A program made the position numbers and the translations under genes. A stretch of DNA of 64,000 nt from Candidatus Latescibacterota bacterium. Lineage in GTDB: Bacteria > Latescibacterota > UBA2968 > GCA-2709665. A model generated the notes under the pieces. It was not told the origin of the DNA. It ran no database searches and saw only the letters and a list, made by a program, of their open reading frames with translations. The stretch is taken from the NCBI GenBank assembly GCA_965116875.1, contig OZ220733.1:3072001-3136000 (forward strand), given 5' to 3'. Shown here in pieces: positions 29,476 to 38,800 of the stretch; position 1 is the first letter of the stretch, and every line of letters starts with the position of its first letter.

Positions 29476-29517
29476 CCGGGCATTCCTCAGCATAGCAGAT
29501 CTGGTGCGCGGTTACGC

Positions 29518-30654
29518 TCAGGGCGTGAATATAAAAACCTGATCCGTAATCTCCTCCTTGAACGTGTGTCCACTCCCGGTATCCTTCGAACCGCCGGCGA
29601 TCATCACGCGGCCGGCTGTCAGCAACGTTACCGTAGGAAACGACCGCCACCCTATGCTGTGACCTGTAGCAGAGAATGCATGTGTGTCAGGATTGTACAG
29701 TGCAATATCGCCATTATACGAGCGGATGAGGAGCACGTCGCCGGACGGCAACAGCACGGCTGCGCTCGGGTCGATCGTGGAAACGCCAGCCGGCGAAAAC
29801 GCGTTCGTTTCAGGGTCATACATCTCGGCTGTCTGCACGAATGGCCCTCTACCGGCGGTGCCGCCTACGATCAGTACCCTGCCGTCCTGGAGAAGCACCG
29901 CCTTATGGTTTATGCGGTCGAACTGCAAATTATCTGCTTCGGATACATCCCTGGACGACGGATCGTAAATGACGTTCCGTCCAACCAACCCGTCATCACC
30001 GCCGCCACGCAATCCTCCAACAATCAGCACACGTCCGTCCTTCAAGAGCGTCGCTGTATGGAGTATTCGAGTTTCCTCCCTCTTGTAGATGGAGAAAAAT
30101 TCGCGCGCATCCGGGTCGAAGACACCCGTGTGGTCCACCGAGGTCACAAAGACCTTTCCACGGTGCAGCAGGGTCGCGGTGAAGAGGGTCGCATTGGACG
30201 GTACCGCGGCCACGGCGTCGAATCTACCTGACTGGGAATCGTACATCTCAATGGGGAGATGACCGTACCTGGGCATGATCAGGACCCGACCGTCCGTAAG
30301 CAGAATTCCATTGTCGGCGTAACGTTTGACGGTCATGTCTCCCGTTGGCGAAGAGATGCCGGTCTCAGGATCAAATATCTCCGCACTGGACAGCAGTCCC
30401 GTGTGCTGGTAGATGACGGTACCGCCCGGAGAAGGGTCCTGGACTTCTGCAGGTGGCTCCGCCATGCCGCCTGCGATCAGGACCTTCCCATCCTGCAATA
30501 ATGTCGCGGCATGCCAATACCGGGGCTTGCTCAGACTGCCGACCTCATGGAGACCCCTTTCAAGGGCCGGCGGCGCCGACGTAGTCACCGAATCATTACC
30601 ACAAGCCCACATGCTCGTGACGACGAACAGCGCAAACAGGATTCTGGTGGTCAT
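29518..30654 (-). CDS. Kelch beta-propeller lipoprotein (K2)
   Basis: Lipobox MWAC; close paralog of K1. Confidence 0.88.
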   Translation of the reverse strand: MTTRILFALFVVTSMWACGNDSVTTSAPPALERGLHEVGSLSKPRYWHAATLLQDGKVLIAGGMAEPPAEVQDPSPGGTVIYQHTGLLSSAEIFDPETGISSPTGDMTVKRYADNGILLTDGRVLIMPRYGHLPIEMYDSQSGRFDAVAAVPSNATLFTATLLHRGKVFVTSVDHTGVFDPDAREFFSIYKREETRILHTATLLKDGRVLIVGGLRGGGDDGLVGRNVIYDPSSRDVSEADNLQFDRINHKAVLLQDGRVLIVGGTAGRGPFVQTAEMYDPETNAFSPAGVSTIDPSAAVLLPSGDVLLIRSYNGDIALYNPDTHAFSATGHSIGWRSFPTVTLLTAGRVMIAGGSKDTGSGHTFKEEITDQVFIFTP

Positions 30655-30996
30655 TTTCTTACCCTCAATTGGAAGTGAACTGACATCCCGCTACCGCGTC
30701 ATTCGTCGCCTGCCGCTCCTGCACTTCGACACCCTTCGACAATCCTTCGGCAGGCTCAGGACAACGGCTCAGGGACCGAGCTCAATGCAAGCAGACTCAG
30801 GACAGACTATCGGTCTCCTAACAGCGGCACAATGACGTCCAATGAACTAAATTACGCGTGGTCATTGAGCTTGTCGAAATGCCCGCTATTCAACAGCTCG
30901 TCGACCCTTCGACAATGGTTATTGCGAAGCATGTCATTCTAAACGGACGCGAAGAACCTTCCGTCAGTTCCGCGCAGGAGGAGGATCTGCTGCCTC

Positions 30997-32130
30997 TCAG
31001 GGCGTGAAAATGAAAACCTGATCCGTAGTCAACTCCCAATCCTGATTGTCAGCCGTCCACTTCAATCCGCCGGCGACCATCACGCGGCCGTCTTCAAGGA
31101 GCGTGGCCGTAGCGAAAGACCTGCGCGGGCTGATGCTGTATCCTGTATTGGAAAATGTGTGCGTGGCCGGATCATACAGTACGATATCGCCGTTATACGA
31201 GCGGATGAGAAACACTTCGCCGGACGGCAGCAGCAGAGCGGCGCCTGGATCGATCGTTGAGACGCCGGCCGTCGAAAACGCATTGGTTTCCGGGTCGTAG
31301 GTCTCGGCCGTCTGCACGAATGGCCCTCTGCCGGCGACGCCGCCTATGATCAGGACCCTCCCGTCTTCCAGTAGCACCGCCTTATGTTGTACGCGGTCGA
31401 ATTGCAAGTTGCCTGCTTCCGAAAGGGCTTCGGTCGAGGGATCATAAATAAGATTCCGACCCAGCAACCCTGCGTCCCGTCCAACATTCTGTCCTCCAGC
31501 GATCAGCACCCTGCCATCCTTCAACAGAGTCGCCGTATGACCGATTCGGGAAGGGTCCATCCTGAATGAGGGAGAAAATGGGCCTGTAGTCGGGTCGAAG
31601 ACACCCGCGTATACCGTGCTGGTCAAGAAGACCTTTCCGCTGGGCAGCAGGGTGGCAGTCAGAATCCCGATTCTCCCAGGCAGAACTGCCACAGGGTTGA
31701 ATCTGCCGGAATGAGCATCGTACCTCTCAATGGGGAGATTGGGTTTTCCGGGTATAATCAGGACCCGGCCGTCGGGAAGCAATATGCCGTGGTCCTCGTT
31801 CCGACCGGCCGCCAGGTCTCCCGTTGGCGTTGAGACCCCGGTTAAAGGGTCGAATATTTCCGCGCTGATGAGACGCTTCGGCTGGGGAATGGAGGTACCC
31901 GGAGGAGGCGGCCCTTCGAGTACGGTCGGCAGTTCTTCGAGGCCGCCCGCGATCAGGACCTTGCCATCGTTCAGTAATGTCGCGGCATGCCAATACCGGG
32001 GTCGGGTCAAATTGCCGACCTCGTGGAGACCCCGTTCAAGGGCAGGCGGCTCCGGCGTCGTTACCGAATCGCTTCCACAAGCCCAGAGGCTCGTGACGAC
32101 GAACAGCGCGAACAAGATTCTGGTGGTCAT
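30997..32130 (-). CDS. Kelch beta-propeller lipoprotein (K3)
   Basis: Lipobox LWAC; HTATLLKDGRVLIAGG repeats. Confidence 0.88.
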   Translation of the reverse strand: MTTRILFALFVVTSLWACGSDSVTTPEPPALERGLHEVGNLTRPRYWHAATLLNDGKVLIAGGLEELPTVLEGPPPPGTSIPQPKRLISAEIFDPLTGVSTPTGDLAAGRNEDHGILLPDGRVLIIPGKPNLPIERYDAHSGRFNPVAVLPGRIGILTATLLPSGKVFLTSTVYAGVFDPTTGPFSPSFRMDPSRIGHTATLLKDGRVLIAGGQNVGRDAGLLGRNLIYDPSTEALSEAGNLQFDRVQHKAVLLEDGRVLIIGGVAGRGPFVQTAETYDPETNAFSTAGVSTIDPGAALLLPSGEVFLIRSYNGDIVLYDPATHTFSNTGYSISPRRSFATATLLEDGRVMVAGGLKWTADNQDWELTTDQVFIFTP

Positions 32131-32288
32131 GTTCTTTCCTCCGCTTTAGGAGTTTGTCAGGTCGACATCTACGCGACAGGGCTGGCGATGTGGGCAGACA
32201 GGAATGTCCGCCCCACCCTCACAACGGAACAGGCGACCCCTCCCCCGGCCCCTCCCCGGCACGGAGAGGGGAGCGGTCGTGCTGCCTC

Positions 32289-33401
32289 TCAGGGCGTGAA
32301 AATGAAAATCTCATCCGAGATCGACTCATGAGAATGACTGTCATCCGCCGTCTTCATCCCGCCGGCGATTACGACGCGGCCGTCATCGAGGGGCGTCACC
32401 GTCGCCCCGTATCGCCACGGCCCAATACTGTGCCCTGTAGGCGGCGAAAATACTTGAGTATCCGGATTATAAAAGGAGATATTTCCGTTGTTAAAGTGGA
32501 TGAAAAACACCCTGCCGGACGGCAATAGATGGGCGGCCATTGGATTCATTGCGGACGTTCCGGCGGCCGAGAAGGTGTCTGTTTCGGGGTCATAGATCTC
32601 CGTCGTCGGTACGTGAGGCCCGTTTCCGACTTGGCCACCGACGATCAGAACCCTGCCGTCCTGAAGGAGCACCGCATTGTGGTGTGCGCGGTCGAACTGC
32701 AGGTCGCCTGCTCTTGAAAAGGCTTTGGACGAGGGATCGTAGATCAGATTCCGTCCGGTCAACTCGATTCCCAGGCGGGCTCCTCCAACGATCAGCACGC
32801 GGCCGTCCTTCAGCAAAGTCGCCGTATGGCCATAGCCGGGATGGTCTATCGCGAATGTGTCGGAAAATGTGCCTGAAGCGGGATCGAAGACACGCGCGCG
32901 GCCCGTGGATGGCCTACCGATCAAAAGGACCTCTCCGTTGGGCAACAGGGTGGCAGTACTCGTTCCATTTGACCAGGGCGCGTTTGCCGCGGAATCGAAT
33001 CTGCCGGAGTGAGGGTTGTACTTCTCAATGGGTAGATTAAGCCACCTGGATATAATCAGGACCCGACCGTCAGAAAGCAATATGCCGTGGTCGTCCCATC
33101 GACTGGCGGTCAGGTCTCCCGTTGGCGTTGAGACCCCGGTTTCAGGATCGAAGATCTCCGCGCTGACAAGGCCGTCGGGCATGAAGGGTACTCCGACTTC
33201 AATAGGAGGCATTTCCGCGTTGCCGCCGGCAATCAGGACTTTACCATTCTGTAATAGCATCGCGACATGCTCAGATCTGGGTTTGGTCAACTTGCCGACC
33301 TCGTGGAGACCCCGTTCAAGGTCCGGCGCCGTCACCGAATCGCTTCCGCAAGCCCACAAGCTCGTGACGACGAACAGCGCAAACAAGATTCTGGCGGTCA
33401 T
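32289..33401 (-). CDS. Kelch beta-propeller lipoprotein (K4)
   Basis: Lipobox LWAC; same repeat architecture. Confidence 0.88.
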   Translation of the reverse strand: MTARILFALFVVTSLWACGSDSVTAPDLERGLHEVGKLTKPRSEHVAMLLQNGKVLIAGGNAEMPPIEVGVPFMPDGLVSAEIFDPETGVSTPTGDLTASRWDDHGILLSDGRVLIISRWLNLPIEKYNPHSGRFDSAANAPWSNGTSTATLLPNGEVLLIGRPSTGRARVFDPASGTFSDTFAIDHPGYGHTATLLKDGRVLIVGGARLGIELTGRNLIYDPSSKAFSRAGDLQFDRAHHNAVLLQDGRVLIVGGQVGNGPHVPTTEIYDPETDTFSAAGTSAMNPMAAHLLPSGRVFFIHFNNGNISFYNPDTQVFSPPTGHSIGPWRYGATVTPLDDGRVVIAGGMKTADDSHSHESISDEIFIFTP

Positions 33402-33522
33402 ATTCTTTCCTCCTCTTTAAGAGTCTGTCAGGGCGACATCTACGCGACAGGGCTGGCGATGTGGGCAGACAGGAATGTCCGCCCCACCTTCACAACAGGT
33501 GCCGGTTGGTCCCCGTGTACCC

Positions 33523-34635
33523 TCAAGGCGTGAAGATAAGTACCTGATCCGTGATCTCCCGCTCCTGCCCTTCCCCACTCTGCGTCCCGTTGTCCCTGTA
33601 TTTCCAGCCGCCGGCAATCATGACCCGGTTGTCTTCAAGGAGCGTAACCGTCGCACCGCTTCGCCCCGGTCCTATGCTGTACACTGTAGGAGATAATTCA
33701 TGCGTATCCGGATTGTAAAGTACGATATTGCCGTTGGGCACGTGGATGAGCAACACTCTGCCGGACGGCAGCAGCAGGGCAGCCAGCGGCGAAATCACGG
33801 CCACTCCGACCGGCGAGAACGTGTCGGTTTCGGTGTCGTACATCTCGGCAAGGATTGCCTGTTCCGAACCGGTATGGCCGCCCAGGATCAGAACTCTGCC
33901 GTCATGGAGAAGCAAGGCCGTATGGCCCCAGCGGTCAACCTGCAGACGACCGGCTTCCGTAAAACCATTTGACGAGGGATGGTAGATCAGATTCCGTCCG
34001 GTCAACTCGTTATTCCTCGTGCTCCCGCCGACGATCAGCACGTGGCCGTCCTTTAGCAACGTCGACGTATGGTTTTTTCGTGTTTCCTCCATCGCGACTA
34101 CGGAGGTAAAGGCGCCCGCAACGGGGTCGAAGAGAGCCGTGTGCTGCTGGGTCGTCACGAATATCCTGCCGCTTTGAAGCAGGTTTGCGGTGGTAATGGG
34201 CGGATACCAGGGTAACTTCGCCAGAGCTTCGAATCGAGCGGATTGAGGATCATAGATCTCAACGGGGAAATCATGATATCTGGGCATGATCAGGATGCGA
34301 CCGTCGGGTAGCAGGATACCCTTGTCCGTGGATCGACTGACGGTCAAATTTCCCGTTGGTGACGAGGTCCCGGATTCGGGATCGAATATTTCGGCGCTGT
34401 TGTGGCGATTCGATGCATCGGTGAAATTCCGGATCCCCACTTTGTAGCCGCCGGCGATAAGGACTTTACCATTCTGCATTAACGTCGCGAAATGTTGATA
34501 TCGCGGTCGGGTCAAATTGCCGACCTCGTGTAGACCCCGTTCAGTGGCCGGCGGCTCCGGCGTCGTTAACGGGTCGCCGCCACAGGCCGAGAAGCACAAG
34601 AGGATGAACAGCGCAATCGCGATTCGGGCGGTCAT
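33523..34635 (-). CDS. Kelch beta-propeller lipoprotein (K5)
   Basis: Lipobox FSAC; same repeat architecture; ends DQVLIFTP. Confidence 0.88.
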   Translation of the reverse strand: MTARIAIALFILLCFSACGGDPLTTPEPPATERGLHEVGNLTRPRYQHFATLMQNGKVLIAGGYKVGIRNFTDASNRHNSAEIFDPESGTSSPTGNLTVSRSTDKGILLPDGRILIMPRYHDFPVEIYDPQSARFEALAKLPWYPPITTANLLQSGRIFVTTQQHTALFDPVAGAFTSVVAMEETRKNHTSTLLKDGHVLIVGGSTRNNELTGRNLIYHPSSNGFTEAGRLQVDRWGHTALLLHDGRVLILGGHTGSEQAILAEMYDTETDTFSPVGVAVISPLAALLLPSGRVLLIHVPNGNIVLYNPDTHELSPTVYSIGPGRSGATVTLLEDNRVMIAGGWKYRDNGTQSGEGQEREITDQVLIFTP

Positions 34636-35063
34636 TTTCTTATCCCTCTATTGGAAATGAACCGACAGGCTCAGGGAGCGGGTCAGGACAGGTTATGGTT
34701 CTCCTGACAACGGCTTAATGACGTCCAATAAACTCGATAACGCGTGGTCATTGAGCCTGTCGAAATGCCCGCTATTCAACAGCCCTCCGACCCCTTCGCC
34801 TGCTCGGAGAGGGGTGAGGACGTGCTGCCTCTCAGGTGTCGCCACATGCAATTCGCAGTGGGATGATCCCATGCTGCAGTAGATCCTTCGTCGGCCTGGG
34901 GCTCCGCTGCACAACAATCTGATCTCATGTGAATGAAACAGATGTGATTCCTGGACGTTGCACCCAGGCCTCCTCTGGATGACAGCGGGAAGCTTCGTGC
35001 TCGACGATCGGCCAGCCTGTCATTCAGAGCGGAGCGAAGATCTGACCGATACATTTCGCCAAT

Positions 35064-35227
35064 GGTTATCGCTACGCATGTCACTCAGAGCGCAGCGAAG
35101 AATCTCCCGTCTTCTCCACTGCCCTAACGGCTAAACACCAGTAAACACATTTGCGCGGACGCTTCGCAAGCCTCAAGAAACGCTAAGTACGCTAGCGAGA
35201 CGGGCAGACAGGAATGTCCGCCCCACC
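35064..35227 (+). repeat. Module A (right copy) followed by the module-B REP
   Basis: Direct repeat of 28119-28223, then GGGCAGACAGGAATGTCCGCCCCACC. Confidence 0.8.
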
Positions 35228-35242
35228 CTCAAACCGGCTTCC

Positions 35243-35905
35243 TCACTGCTCGCGTTGGGATTCGGCCCTGCCGTTCTCGTCCCGGATGTCGATTGGGGTG
35301 TCTATCCGGAATCCTGTAGAGCCGTTGTTCCTTCTTTCGCGGTTCGACGTTTCTTTCTGACCCACCGGACCCATCGGCCTGCCGTTACCCGCCATCGTCG
35401 TCTCTCCCGATTCCGGCGATCCGTTGCGGCGCGCGCGAAGCACCTCCAGTTCATCCATGAATAAATCGAGCATCTCGAACAGGAATGCTTCGTAGGTCTT
35501 CCTCGTGCCTTCGTCCGCGGCCCCTTCGTTCTGTACCCTTTCAGCCATGTTTTCGAGGCCGTTCCTGATCTGGCGCGCCAGGCGTTCGGTGGCTTCTGCG
35601 GAAGACGACTCCGGTACAAAATCAATCGAAACCCGCATATTGAAAGCACGCGCGTACATCGCCAGGTCATCCAGTTTGAGCCGATCGTTGTCGCTGTTCT
35701 CGATCCTCGAGATCTTGCTCTGTGTGCAACCGGTCCGATTCGCCAGTTCCTCCTGCGTCAATTTCCGGGAACTACGCAGGGTGGACAGGGCTCGCGACAC
35801 ACGATCGTCTGCGGGACGCCCCTCCAATTCGTCGTGGAACGTCCCGTCCGTCAAGGTGTCACGCTCCAAATCCAACACCTGCGCACAACGTCTTTCCATC
35901 ACCAC
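35243..35905 (-). CDS. XRE-family HTH protein
   Basis: LTQEELANRTGCTQSKISRIEN. Confidence 0.82.
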   Translation of the reverse strand: MVMERRCAQVLDLERDTLTDGTFHDELEGRPADDRVSRALSTLRSSRKLTQEELANRTGCTQSKISRIENSDNDRLKLDDLAMYARAFNMRVSIDFVPESSSAEATERLARQIRNGLENMAERVQNEGAADEGTRKTYEAFLFEMLDLFMDELEVLRARRNGSPESGETTMAGNGRPMGPVGQKETSNRERRNNGSTGFRIDTPIDIRDENGRAESQREQ

Positions 35906-36188
35906 GCTCCCTCCTTGAACTGTTGAACCCTACTCGACAGATTTGTTCATTCGTTTGCTGAATGGCCTGGAAACTGAAAACCGCGGTGTAATGTCATTCA
36001 GACCCCAAAATGGCAGATTTCGGCGTGAGTTTATCCAAAATCGAGATAATTTATACCGTGTAACCTGTAAATTATGCAAATATAAGATAATCCCGCGGTG
36101 ATGCAATCGGTCAGTGTGGTGCAACATTGAAAAAACGGGCGATGTGGCCTGCCGTTTGCATGTGTAGTACAGCAAAATGGTAATTAAC

Positions 36189-36217
36189 TTGACAATATAT
36201 GATCTTTAAGTCATATT
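36189..36217 (+). promoter_or_regulatory. TA promoter with overlapping palindromic operator
   Basis: TTGACA-17 bp-CATATT; ATATGA-N8-TCATAT at 36197-36216. Confidence 0.7.
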
Positions 36218-36225
36218 TCTAAGGC

Positions 36226-36594
36226 ATGGCCTGGGACGTAAGATTCCACCCGGCGTTCGACTCCGAATTCAACGCCTTGTCCAACGACGTGCAGGACGAG
36301 TTGCTTGCACAAGCAGTGCTAATTGCGACATTCGGGCCTTTTATTGGGCGTCCGAAAGTGGACACGTTGAACGGTTCGCAACACGCCAATATGAAGGAGC
36401 TTCGATTTAGAGCTGCCGGCGGAGTTTGGAGGGTGGCATTTGCCTTTGACACTGAACGAAAAGCCGTATTACTCGCTGCGGGTGACAAGTCGGGTATAGA
36501 CGAACGCCACTTCTACCAACTGCTGATCAGGAAAGCGGACAGACGATTCAATATGGTATTGGAACAGATTCAAAATAACAGGAGGTCAAGATGA
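36226..36594 (+). CDS. RelE/HigB-like (Gp49-type) toxin
   Basis: GRPKVDTLNGSQHANMKELR, WRVAFAFD, GDKSG. Confidence 0.88.
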   Translation: MAWDVRFHPAFDSEFNALSNDVQDELLAQAVLIATFGPFIGRPKVDTLNGSQHANMKELRFRAAGGVWRVAFAFDTERKAVLLAAGDKSGIDERHFYQLLIRKADRRFNMVLEQIQNNRRSR

Positions 36595-36929
36595 CGACAC
36601 TCACTGAGATAATCGGCAAGCTGCCCGAGGCACGACGGAGGAAAGTGGAAGAACGAGCCAGGGCGCTGATCGCCGAAGAGATGTCGCTGCGAGACCTGCG
36701 AAAGGCCCGAAAGTGGACGCAGGTGCGCGTAGCGAAGGAACTCGGGATCAACCAGGAAAACGTATCCCGTATCGAAAAGCGCAGCGATCTGCTGCTTTCC
36801 ACGCTCAGTGGCTACGTCGAAGCGATGGGAGGTACATTGCGCCTGGTGGCGGAATTCCCGGACCGCCCTCCCATTGCGCTTGCCGGCATCGCGGCCCTGG
36901 ACAAGGAGGACCTTCCGGAAAAGTCCTAG
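36591..36929 (+). CDS. HigA-like XRE antitoxin
   Basis: TQVRVAKELGINQENVSRIEKRSDLLLSTL; ATGA overlap with the toxin. Confidence 0.88.
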   Translation: MTTLTEIIGKLPEARRRKVEERARALIAEEMSLRDLRKARKWTQVRVAKELGINQENVSRIEKRSDLLLSTLSGYVEAMGGTLRLVAEFPDRPPIALAGIAALDKEDLPEKS

Positions 36930-36992
36930 GCGTATACGGTTTCGATCTTGACTGCGATCCAGACGTGGCAGACAAGCCATTGCCGATCCACC

Positions 36993-38654
36993 TTACTGCG
37001 TAGATACCGTCGCCGACGGGGGACCCTCGTTCGCAGGTCGCCGGTAGTCCACGGCGGTGATGCGGTAATAGAACGACCCGGATGCCGCACCCGTATCCAC
37101 GTAGCGCGTGGTGACCAGGGGCGTCTCGTTCAGAGGCGCGAATGGCCCTTCAGGCCCGGCCGCCCGGTACACGATGTACCCTTTAAGCCCTGTCAGCGCC
37201 GTGCCGTCGGCGTCGGTTTCCGGACGGCTCCAGGAAATCCGCACGTCCGCTCTGCTGCGTTCCGCTTCGACGTGCCGCGGCGCGCCCGGCGGCCACCTGT
37301 CGTACGCCTGCGTGGCAATGCCCAGCATCGCTGCCGTGGCCGCCACATGAGCAGGCGACGCCTGAATGGAAATTTCCTTTTCGAAAAACGCGGCCATCGA
37401 TTCCCAGATCCGGTAGTCGTATCCTGCCAGATAGAGGAACCCCCATCCTCTCCAGCCCCGTTCAGCGTCGAGCTTACTTGCCGGACCGCCTATATAGTAC
37501 CTGAACGACGGCTCCTCCAGGCTGCCGTTCCAGACGTGGCGGACGAAAGTATTGGCCATCCTCCAAAGGTCCATCCGGGTGAAACTCAGACCGCTTTGGA
37601 CCCCCTGCAGTGCCGCCTGGATATCGATAAAGGCGTGTCCTACGTCCTCCATCAGGTCGGGCCAGTGGCTTTCGGGACCGTATTTCCAGGTATAAGCCTC
37701 AGTTTCCGGATCGTACAGCAGTCGATCATGGAAGTTCCGCAACATTTGCTCGCTATTGTCCGCGTAAAACGGGGCAAAGCCTTCCTTGTACGGCTTGTAA
37801 TACGGCGACCCGGAAAGGCGGCGGAGCGTAACCAGGCCGTCCGCGAACGACAGGAACATATTCAGCGGCTGGCGCCTCCACCCGGACCACTCGTAGACGT
37901 GGTATCCCGCGTCGTCGCCATAGCGGCTGCTGTCGCCCTCCGTCCACCCCGGGTCCGGCGCCCAGTTGGCATACCACTTGGCAATGACGTCCTCTTCCAC
38001 GGCGCGCAGGTACTCATCCGCTTTGGCCCTGTAGGTCGCGTGCAGGGACGGGTCTTCCCAGACCAGTTCCACAAAAGCCAGGATCGGGCTGATAATCAAT
38101 CCGTCGTCGGAAAACCATTCCGTGTATTCGGGCCTGTACTGGAGGTACCGGTTCTGCCCCCAGCCCCCGTATCCGTCCACGTACCGGGGATCGTAGACAT
38201 CATACGGCGGCACGTCCGACCGGGCGATCAGAATGCGATCTACCTGTTCGACCAGTTTGTCCAGCCAGACCGGTTCTTTGAACGTCCGGTAGAGGTTCAG
38301 GTACATTCGCTGCACGTAGGCCGACGGACCCCACGCGAACGACCCGCCGTCGCGGCCGTCCAGATATTTGTCGCCGTACGTTCGATCCCATTTTGCAAAG
38401 GCCTCGTACCAGTCGGTACTCACGGCGCCTTCGAACGGGACGGCTGGGAGTTTCTCTTCAGACGCGGCCGAGGCGCCAGTCCAGCCGAACACAACGGGAA
38501 GGAATGCGAAGAGGCAGATACGCAGTGGGAGGGTAACCCGGATATGTCCGGAGTTCACCATCGGACGATACATTGGTGACAGACCGACGAAAGGCGGGCG
38601 CCCACAAGGGACGCCCCTACAGATGTAACATAGGTGAGGGTGCTCTCCCCCCAA
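36993..38654 (-). CDS. Secreted Trp/Tyr-rich protein (possible alpha/alpha-barrel carbohydrate-active enzyme) with C-terminal FN3 domain; start uncertain
   Basis: Signal-like segment ending ASA; FN3 pattern ISWS..GYIVYR..YVD..YYRITAVD..NEG. Confidence 0.6.
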   Translation of the reverse strand: MGGEHPHLCYICRGVPCGRPPFVGLSPMYRPMVNSGHIRVTLPLRICLFAFLPVVFGWTGASAASEEKLPAVPFEGAVSTDWYEAFAKWDRTYGDKYLDGRDGGSFAWGPSAYVQRMYLNLYRTFKEPVWLDKLVEQVDRILIARSDVPPYDVYDPRYVDGYGGWGQNRYLQYRPEYTEWFSDDGLIISPILAFVELVWEDPSLHATYRAKADEYLRAVEEDVIAKWYANWAPDPGWTEGDSSRYGDDAGYHVYEWSGWRRQPLNMFLSFADGLVTLRRLSGSPYYKPYKEGFAPFYADNSEQMLRNFHDRLLYDPETEAYTWKYGPESHWPDLMEDVGHAFIDIQAALQGVQSGLSFTRMDLWRMANTFVRHVWNGSLEEPSFRYYIGGPASKLDAERGWRGWGFLYLAGYDYRIWESMAAFFEKEISIQASPAHVAATAAMLGIATQAYDRWPPGAPRHVEAERSRADVRISWSRPETDADGTALTGLKGYIVYRAAGPEGPFAPLNETPLVTTRYVDTGAASGSFYYRITAVDYRRPANEGPPSATVSTQ

Positions 38655-38664
38655 CCCCTCAGAA

Positions 38665-38794
38665 GCGGGTAGACGTAAGCCGGAAGAGGGTAGAGATCGT
38701 CTGCCTAGCAGTGTTTCAACTCAGGCCGCAGGCCGGTAGGCGGAACAGATCGGCAAGGATTTCTTTTACCGTCTTACGTCTCCCGTCTCACCGC
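38665..38794 (-). repeat. Dispersed long-hairpin element, copy 4 (inverted, diverged)
   Basis: Reverse complement reads GACGGTAAAAGAAATCCTTGCC..GCCTGCGGC..AGGCAGACGATCTCTACCCTCT. Confidence 0.7.
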
Positions 38795-38800
38795 CTTTTG

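Noticed and set aside
28119-35227. Kelch array as an integron or diversity-generating retroelement
   Set aside because: No integrase, no attC-type RYYYAAC/GTTRRRY boundaries, no reverse transcriptase and no template/variable repeat pair; differences include indels and are not evidently adenine-specific.
35243-36929. Prophage remnant
   Set aside because: Only an XRE gene and a TA pair; no integrase, structural or replication genes.
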